Shown: positions 43,035 to 49,460 of the stretch, in pieces
Layout of the letters: every line of letters begins with the position of its first letter
How positions within the stretch are numbered: position 1 is the first letter of the stretch
Assembly (NCBI GenBank): GCA_937625935.1
Contig: OW569396.1
Coordinates: forward strand, 1-49,460
DNA: 49,460 nt
Direction of reading: 5' to 3'
Source of the DNA: Tetramitus jugosus
Taxonomy: Eukaryota > Protista > Heterolobosea
Notes under the pieces: generated by a model
Told to the model about the DNA's origin: nothing
The model's input: only the letters and a program-made list of their open reading frames with translations
Database searches by the model: none
Made by a program: the position numbers and the translations under genes

Positions 43035-43609
43035 TGATACATAACTATTGTTCTTTTTTATATTTTTTTCTGTATAATTATGTATATATTTATATTGAGC
43101 GTGGAAATATTATATGTGTTAGTAAATTAGGTAGTTTTAAATGTAAATTTAATTTATATTTTTTTTTATACAATAGTAATAGTTTATTTATTTTTAAATT
43201 TTTTTTAATTAATTCATTAATAATTTTTAATGACTTGAAACAATACACTAAAAATAAAATTAATTTTCAATTATTTATTTCTTTATTTTTAGTATCTATT
43301 TTTTCAGGTTTTAGAGCTAAGTTTAAAATACATGGTAGAGGTTACAAATTACATAAAAAAAATAATAATTTAGTTTTTAAATTAGGATATAGTCATTTAA
43401 TTTTTAAAACTTTAGATTTTGCTTTATTTTTAAAAAAAAAAGAAAAAAAAAAAGTTTTTTATACACTAATTTCCCTAAACCATCAATTGTTAACTAATAC
43501 TATTAGTACTTTTAGATCGTTTAGAATACCTAATATATATACTAAAAAAGGTATATTAAATAATACTAAAAAAATAATATTTAAAATTGGTAAGATTAAT
43601 ATGGTTTGA
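43034..43609 (+). CDS. rpl6: Ribosomal protein L6
   Basis: GRGYK, LGYSH, RIPNIYTKKG. Confidence 0.9.
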   Translation: MIHNYCSFLYFFLYNYVYIYIERGNIICVSKLGSFKCKFNLYFFLYNSNSLFIFKFFLINSLIIFNDLKQYTKNKINFQLFISLFLVSIFSGFRAKFKIHGRGYKLHKKNNNLVFKLGYSHLIFKTLDFALFLKKKEKKKVFYTLISLNHQLLTNTISTFRSFRIPNIYTKKGILNNTKKIIFKIGKINMV

Positions 43610-43633
43610 TTACTTATTAGTTCGTATTTTATT

Positions 43634-44134
43634 ATGTGTGATTACATTTTTTGTTTTTCACATCTAGAGGATAAACAAATGCAATTGTTAAAAACTGAAT
43701 TTTTTACTAAATATGGATATTTTATATTTTTTTTAACTCGTAAAAATTTTGATTCTTTTTTTAATATTGATCATATTAATTTAAAAAAAATATTAACTGG
43801 TAAATATTTATTAGTTAGAGGTGTTCATAATAAATCTTTAGGTATGGTTATTGATGAAATTAAATCATTGTTAATGTACGTAGATGGTAATTCTATGAAT
43901 TTATCATTTTTTTGTTTAAATTATAATAATAATTATTATTTTAATGATTTTTTTTTATTATCTAATAATTATAATGTAAAAAGTTTATATAATAATATAT
44001 TATTAAATATCAAACATTATAATTATTTAAATTTAATAATATATTATTATTCATTTTATTATTTTTTTTTTCGCATTTTTAGTTTGAATTCATTAATTGT
44101 TTTTAACGCTTTTATTAATCCAGTATATATATAA
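43634..44134 (+). CDS. Possible divergent ribosomal protein L10
   Basis: Size, position among r-protein genes and weak uL10-like pattern (L...Q...L+..f ... L.G); motif 28 nt upstream supports expression; identity tentative. Confidence 0.45.
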   Translation: MCDYIFCFSHLEDKQMQLLKTEFFTKYGYFIFFLTRKNFDSFFNIDHINLKKILTGKYLLVRGVHNKSLGMVIDEIKSLLMYVDGNSMNLSFFCLNYNNNYYFNDFFLLSNNYNVKSLYNNILLNIKHYNYLNLIIYYYSFYYFFFRIFSLNSLIVFNAFINPVYI

Positions 44135-44136
44135 TT

Positions 44137-44517
44137 ATGATTACTATTAATCAATTACTATTTGTGCATAAGAGAAAAAGTAAAAAAACTAAAACACATG
44201 TTCCTAGATTACAGAGTTGTCCACAAAAACGTGGTGTTGTTGTTAAGGTATTTGAACAAACACCTAGAAAACCAAATTCTGCAAAAAGAAAATGTGTTAG
44301 GGTTAAATTAAGTTCAGGTAAAAAAGTTTCATGTCATGTACCTGGTATTGGCCATAATTTACAACAACACTCTGTTGTTTTAGTACGTGGCGGTAGATGT
44401 CAAGATTTAATTGGTGTTAGATATAAACCAATTAGAGGTAAATTTGATTTATTAGCTGTTAAAGGTAGAATCACTAGAAGATCAAAATTTGGTTTAGGTA
44501 GTTTAAAAAAAAAGTAA
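44137..44517 (+). CDS. rps12: Ribosomal protein S12
   Basis: [26 protein letters not shown]. Confidence 0.98.
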   Translation: MITINQLLFVHKRKSKKTKTHVPRLQSCPQKRGVVVKVFEQTPRKPNSAKRKCVRVKLSSGKKVSCHVPGIGHNLQQHSVVLVRGGRCQDLIGVRYKPIRGKFDLLAVKGRITRRSKFGLGSLKKK

Positions 44518-44584
44518 TGAATAAATAGATAATAATCATATATATATTATATAATAAATAATATTATTTATGCTGTAACATATG

Positions 44585-44656
44585 TTGCGTATAGCTCAGC
44601 GGTAGAGCAATTGACTTTTAATCAATTGGCCGTAAGTTCAAATCTTACTACGCACA
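44585..44656 (+). tRNA. trnK: tRNA-Lys(UUU)
   Basis: ATTGA-CTTTTAA-TCAAT; U1xC72. Confidence 0.95.
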
Positions 44657-44661
44657 TATGT

Positions 44662-44733
44662 TACAGTGTAGCCAAGTGGTAAGGCATACGGTTTTGGTCC
44701 GTATATACGTGGGTTCGATTCCTTCCACTGTAA
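44662..44733 (+). tRNA. trnQ: tRNA-Gln(UUG)
   Basis: TACAGTG/CACTGTA acceptor; loop TTTTGGT. Confidence 0.93.
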
Positions 44734-44785
44734 TTTAGTTTACTAGTCATGAGATTTATCTCATGAAATTAATTATAAAATTATT

Positions 44786-45283
44786 ATGAAAAATAAAAAA
44801 AATATAATTGAACAAAAACAATCAGTAAAAACTCTTGAAGTTCTAGTAAAATTAAATATTAATTCTATGGAAGCTTCTAGTAAAGAACCTATCGGTCCTA
44901 CTTTAGGTCAGTATGGTTTACCTATTAATGATTTTTGTAATTTATTTAATAATTCTTCTACTATTTATGAAGAACAAGTACCTTTAAGGGCGCACATATA
45001 TATATACACAGATAAAACATTTGAATTAACAATCAATATTCCTACATTATATTATTTTTTAAAATCTTCTTTATCTTTAGAAGAAATAGATTTAATTAAA
45101 TTTAAAAGAAAACCTGGTTACATTGATTTAAGAACTATTTATTTGCCTATATTTAATAAAAATATGGTATATACAATACTTAAATATGTTACTGATAATC
45201 TTATATTTGTTATTAATTTAAAAAGTTTATTTAAGAAAATTCTTGGTATCATTTATTCTTCAGGTTTTTTTTTTTTTGCTTGA
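44786..45283 (+). CDS. rpl11: Ribosomal protein L11
   Basis: PIGPTLGQYGLPINDFCNLFN. Confidence 0.93.
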   Translation: MKNKKNIIEQKQSVKTLEVLVKLNINSMEASSKEPIGPTLGQYGLPINDFCNLFNNSSTIYEEQVPLRAHIYIYTDKTFELTINIPTLYYFLKSSLSLEEIDLIKFKRKPGYIDLRTIYLPIFNKNMVYTILKYVTDNLIFVINLKSLFKKILGIIYSSGFFFFA

Positions 45284-45308
45284 TTACATTTGTTCTATCT
45301 AAGTCGTT

Positions 45309-46208
45309 TTGTTTGTTGGCTTTTTAGATAAAATTCATAGTAGTTTATTGCACTATTATCGAGAATTAAATCTTAAACGAATAAATTTAATAAATGAGAA
45401 ATTTATTAAATTTCCAAATACTGACGACTTTATTTGTTATCGTATTTTTAAATACGATAGTACTATTCGTGAAAAACCGTCAGTAGATACTTTCTTTTTG
45501 AGAGCACATGAACATGCACCAATGCTATTGGATACTTTAATATATTTAAAAGATATTAAAGATGATTCTTTAGCATTTAGACGTTCTTGTAGGGAAGGTA
45601 TTTGTGGTAGTTGTGCTATGAATATTAATGGAGTAAATGCATTAGCATGTACATATCGGATAGATCAACATGTATCATATATTTTTCCATTTTTAAATAT
45701 TTATCCATTGCCACATATGGTAATTGTTAAAGATTTAGTCATTGATATGAAACATTTTTATAATCAATATCGTTCTATTAATCCATTTTTAATTAAACCT
45801 TATGAAGTTAGGCTAATTTCAGATATTTCAAATAGTGTACATAATATTAGTGTATACGTTTCTAGACCAACTATTGAGAATTTGCAGTCAGATTCTGATA
45901 GACGTATGTTAAATGGTTTATATGAATGTATATTATGTGCTTGTTGTACAACAAGTTGTCCTAGTTATTGGTGGCACACTGAAAAATACTTAGGTCCTGC
46001 TGTATTATTACAGGCATATAGATGGATAATAGATTCTAGAGATTTATCATTTGAATCTAGATTAGAATTTTTGAATGATACTTATAAATTAAAAAGATGT
46101 CATTTAATATTAAATTGTATCAGATGTTGCCCTAAAAAATTAAGTCCTGCAACAGCTATATCTAACATTAAGTATATGATACACTTATATAATGTTGAAA
46201 AAGTATAA
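45309..46208 (+). CDS. sdh2: Succinate dehydrogenase iron-sulfur subunit
   Basis: RRSCREGICGSC, CILCACCTTSCPSYWW; TTG start 29 nt after the motif. Confidence 0.97.
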   Translation: MFVGFLDKIHSSLLHYYRELNLKRINLINEKFIKFPNTDDFICYRIFKYDSTIREKPSVDTFFLRAHEHAPMLLDTLIYLKDIKDDSLAFRRSCREGICGSCAMNINGVNALACTYRIDQHVSYIFPFLNIYPLPHMVIVKDLVIDMKHFYNQYRSINPFLIKPYEVRLISDISNSVHNISVYVSRPTIENLQSDSDRRMLNGLYECILCACCTTSCPSYWWHTEKYLGPAVLLQAYRWIIDSRDLSFESRLEFLNDTYKLKRCHLILNCIRCCPKKLSPATAISNIKYMIHLYNVEKV

Positions 46209-46249
46209 AAATTATTTAAATTGACAACATTATATCTTATTTTTATTAT

Positions 46250-46798
46250 ATGAGCAAATATTTAATTTCATTATTACCAAATTATATATTTAATATTCAT
46301 AAAAAAGAATATTATTATATTACTACACATAAACAATATTTAAATAATTTATTGAGTTTTTTTTTTTTACATATGAATACTCAAGTTAAGATTTTTGTAG
46401 ATTTATGTACTATTGATTTAATTCAGAATAAAAGTAGATTTTTATTAGTGTATCAATTTTTATCCCATTATTTTCATAATCGATTTTTTATTAAAATTAA
46501 TTTCAGTGAAATAGATAGCGTATATTCTATTTGTTCATTATTTCCAAGTGCTTCTTGGTACGAACGAGAATCTTGGGATTTATTTGGTATAAATTTTATA
46601 GGTAATCCTGATATGCGACGTATACTTACAGATTATGGATTTCAAGGATTTCCATTGCGTAAAGATTTTCCACTAAGTGGTTTTGTAGAAGTATCTTATT
46701 GTGAAATGATTAAGAACATTAAATACTCTTCTATTAGTTTTATACAAGAATTTCGTTTATTTGATACTAAAAGCCCTTGGGAGTTTTATCATAAATAA
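46250..46798 (+). CDS. nad9: NADH dehydrogenase subunit 9
   Basis: WYERESWDLFG, RRILTDYGFQGFPLRKDFPL. Confidence 0.97.
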   Translation: MSKYLISLLPNYIFNIHKKEYYYITTHKQYLNNLLSFFFLHMNTQVKIFVDLCTIDLIQNKSRFLLVYQFLSHYFHNRFFIKINFSEIDSVYSICSLFPSASWYERESWDLFGINFIGNPDMRRILTDYGFQGFPLRKDFPLSGFVEVSYCEMIKNIKYSSISFIQEFRLFDTKSPWEFYHK

Positions 46799-46825
46799 CT
46801 GATTACTTCCCTGTTACATTTTTTA

Positions 46826-48352
46826 ATGTATTATAATCATAAATTAATATCTAATAATTTTCAAAAAATAGGAGCAACAATAAAAATTGTTGTTTTTTTT
46901 TTATTTAATATTTTAAATATACTAGATAGGTATTTAAATATTAGTAGTGTTTATAATTATTTTATAAAGATTCCAGTTCCTTTAATTATTTCTTGGATAT
47001 CACATATTTTTTTTAGTATTATTTGGATAATGTTTGATCCATTTCATTTAGGTTTTCAACATTGCATTCAAATAAATATTTATGATTTATATTTAAATTT
47101 TGGTATTGATGGATTGTCATTATTTTTTATATACCTTATTTCTTTTTTATTACCATTATGTTTAATACATATATATTATTCTAATAATTTAACTTTTTCA
47201 GCAAGAAGTTCTTATGGTGTTGCATTGTTAAGTATTAGTTTTTTATTGGTTATAGTATTTTATACTTTAGATTTATTAGTTTTTTATATTTTTTTTGAAG
47301 GTATTTTAATACCTTTTTTTGCATATATTGGTATATCTGGATATAAAAAACGAAGAGTACATGCTTCATTTTTATTTTTTTTCTATACTTTATTTGGATC
47401 ATTATTTATGTTGATTTCTATTTTTTCTATATATTTACATACTGGTACTACTGATTTAGAATTACTTTGGTTAAGTGAGTATAGTAGCATCAATGAACAT
47501 TTTATTTGGTTTGCTTTTTTTCTATCATTTGCTATTAAAGTACCGATGTTTCCTTTTCATATTTGGTTACCTGAAGCTCATGTAGAAGCCCCAACTGAAG
47601 GTTCTGTTTTTTTAGCTGCTATTTTATTAAAATTAGGAACTTATGGCTTTTTACGTTTTTTATTTCCTATTTTTCCAAATGCAACTTATTATTTTTCACC
47701 ATTAGTACTATTAATGGCTACTCTTTCTGTATTTTATACTTCTTTAACTACATTAAGACAAATAGATATAAAAAAAATTATAGCTTATTCTTCTGTAGCG
47801 CATATGAATGTATGTATGATTGGACTGTTTTCATTTCACATTACTTCTTTAAATGGTTCTATTTTTTTAATGATCGGACATGGTATCGTTTCAGCTGGTT
47901 TATTTTTTATGGTTGGTTTTTTATACAATAGATATCATAGTAAAATAATTAAATACTATAGTGGACTAGTTCAAACTATGCCACTATTTTCAATTTTTTT
48001 TTTCTTATTTTTATTAGGTAATATTAGTATGCCATTAACTAGTAACTTTATAGGTGAGTTATTAGTTATAATAGGAACTTTTAATTCTGAAAATTATATA
48101 CCTTTATTTTTTGTGGGTTTTAGTATTTTAATATGTTCTATATATTCTTTATGGTTATACAATAAAATGATTTTTTTAATGCCAAATAATAGATTTATTC
48201 AACATTACTTTGATCTTAATTTTTTAGAATTAAGTATAGTTTTACCACTAGTTCTATTTATGTTATTTTTAGGTATTTATCCAAATCCATTTTTTCAAAT
48301 AATTAATCCTGCGGTTAATTATAATTTTTTTGAATTATTAAGTATTCATTAA
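46826..48352 (+). CDS. nad4: NADH dehydrogenase subunit 4
   Basis: KVPMFPFHIWLPEAHVEAPT, IAYSSVAHM. Confidence 0.98.
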   Translation: MYYNHKLISNNFQKIGATIKIVVFFLFNILNILDRYLNISSVYNYFIKIPVPLIISWISHIFFSIIWIMFDPFHLGFQHCIQINIYDLYLNFGIDGLSLFFIYLISFLLPLCLIHIYYSNNLTFSARSSYGVALLSISFLLVIVFYTLDLLVFYIFFEGILIPFFAYIGISGYKKRRVHASFLFFFYTLFGSLFMLISIFSIYLHTGTTDLELLWLSEYSSINEHFIWFAFFLSFAIKVPMFPFHIWLPEAHVEAPTEGSVFLAAILLKLGTYGFLRFLFPIFPNATYYFSPLVLLMATLSVFYTSLTTLRQIDIKKIIAYSSVAHMNVCMIGLFSFHITSLNGSIFLMIGHGIVSAGLFFMVGFLYNRYHSKIIKYYSGLVQTMPLFSIFFFLFLLGNISMPLTSNFIGELLVIIGTFNSENYIPLFFVGFSILICSIYSLWLYNKMIFLMPNNRFIQHYFDLNFLELSIVLPLVLFMLFLGIYPNPFFQIINPAVNYNFFELLSIH

Positions 48353-48419
48353 TAATTTATATTTATTTTTCCTATGAACGTGATACATTTTTCATTTACT
48401 ATATATATAATATCTTATT

Positions 48420-48632
48420 ATGGCTGCTCCTAAAAAAAAAAAAACTCATATGAGAAAAAATATTAAATATAAAAAATCAAATAATGTATTATTAAATAGA
48501 GTATTTGGTTTTAAAATGCAAAAAAATCGATTTATGAACCATACTATTGATTATTTTACTAATAGTCAGCGTATTTCTCATGTAGATGAAAGTAGATTAA
48601 AACTTCGAACAGATGATGCAAGATTTAAATAG
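48420..48632 (+). CDS. rpl32: Ribosomal protein L32
   Basis: MAAPKKKKTHMRKN N-terminus typical of bL32. Confidence 0.75.
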   Translation: MAAPKKKKTHMRKNIKYKKSNNVLLNRVFGFKMQKNRFMNHTIDYFTNSQRISHVDESRLKLRTDDARFK

Positions 48633-48666
48633 TTGACTACTTAAGAATCATATTATATTATATACT

Positions 48667-49460
48667 ATGAATGTTTCAATGGTTTATTTATTATTATTAC
48701 CAGAAATCTATTTTATTTTTGTAGTTTTATTTTTTTTAACATACACTACTATTGTTAATTTATCTAAGACTTACAATTTCCCTAATAACACTAAAAATTA
48801 TTTATTTTTTTTTATATTATCAATTATTAATATTATGTTATTATTATTTAATTACATTCATTTAGGTGAATTTAATATATTACAATATGTAAGAAAAGAT
48901 ACTTTTGTTTTTTTTTTACAGTTAATTACTTTATTTTTTACTGTATTATTATCATTTTTAATGTATGATTACATTAAAATCAATAAATTTAATCAGTTTG
49001 AACTGTATGTACTTTTTTTTTTTTCAGCTCTTAGTCTTTGTCTATTAGTTACTTGTAGCCATATGACTAGCTTATATTTAATTTTAGAATTACAAGGATT
49101 CAGTTTTTATATACTAACTGCTTATAATAAAAATAATCAATATTCTGTCGAATCTGGTTTAAAATATTATATATTAGGATCCTTTTCTTCTATTCTTTTA
49201 TTATTTGGTATATCTTTAGTTTATGGTTTTACTGGTTTACTTTCGTTTAAGGAAATTGAAATATTTTTAAATAATTTTGATTATTATATTAATAACATTA
49301 ATATACATTTAATATCTGCTAGTTTTATTTTTATATTAATAAGTTTTTTATTTAAATTATATGCAGCTCCTTTTCATTTATGGGTAAGTGATATATATCA
49401 AGGTGCTCCAATGATGGTAACTGCTTATTTTTCATCTGTTCCATTTATATCTGTATTTTT
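48667..49460 (+). CDS. nad2: NADH dehydrogenase subunit 2, 5' part (continues across the circular junction)
   Basis: Hand-translated from ATG 48667: MNVSMVYLLLLPEIY...LYLILELQGFSFY...ESGLKYYILGSFSS...FKLYAAPFHLWVSDIYQGAP. 794 nt leaves 2 nt that join base 1 in frame with ORF 38..691. Confidence 0.95.
   Translation, partial: MNVSMVYLLLLPEIYFIFVVLFFLTYTTIVNLSKTYNFPNNTKNYLFFFILSIINIMLLLFNYIHLGEFNILQYVRKDTFVFFLQLITLFFTVLLSFLMYDYIKINKFNQFELYVLFFFSALSLCLLVTCSHMTSLYLILELQGFSFYILTAYNKNNQYSVESGLKYYILGSFSSILLLFGISLVYGFTGLLSFKEIEIFLNNFDYYINNINIHLISASFIFILISFLFKLYAAPFHLWVSDIYQGAPMMVTAYFSSVPFISVF

Noticed and set aside
46221-46226. TTGACA read as a sigma70 -35 element
   Set aside because: No rpo genes in this genome, no consistent -10 spacing, and too close to the start codons; kept only as a variant of the box

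Overview
This window looks like a complete circular, very AT-rich mitochondrial genome of a protist. nad2 reads in frame across the junction (48667..49460 + 1..691). It is intron-free and gene-rich: atp1/3/4/6/8/9, sdh2, cox11, tatC, nad1-9/4L/11, about 20 ribosomal protein genes partly in bacterial S10/spc order, rns, rnl and 20 tRNAs, using the standard genetic code. This content best fits a heterolobosean (Discoba, Naegleria-like) mtDNA, which is an inference. All genes are on the + strand except tatC. Main observations: (1) an intergenic motif TTGATTAC(A/T)T lies 27-30 nt upstream of at least 13 start codons, including two TTG starts, while the SSU rRNA has no anti-Shine-Dalgarno tail; (2) 14 of 20 tRNAs have mismatches confined to acceptor-stem pairs 1-3, implying 5' tRNA editing; (3) there are two unexplained structured elements, an H-type pseudoknot after trnI and a multibranch fold between cox2 and atp1; (4) two acidic orphan ORFs, with one ORF's 30-nt leader duplicated next to the other; (5) rps3, rps4 and rps7 are greatly expanded. 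All calls were made by eye and no searches were run.
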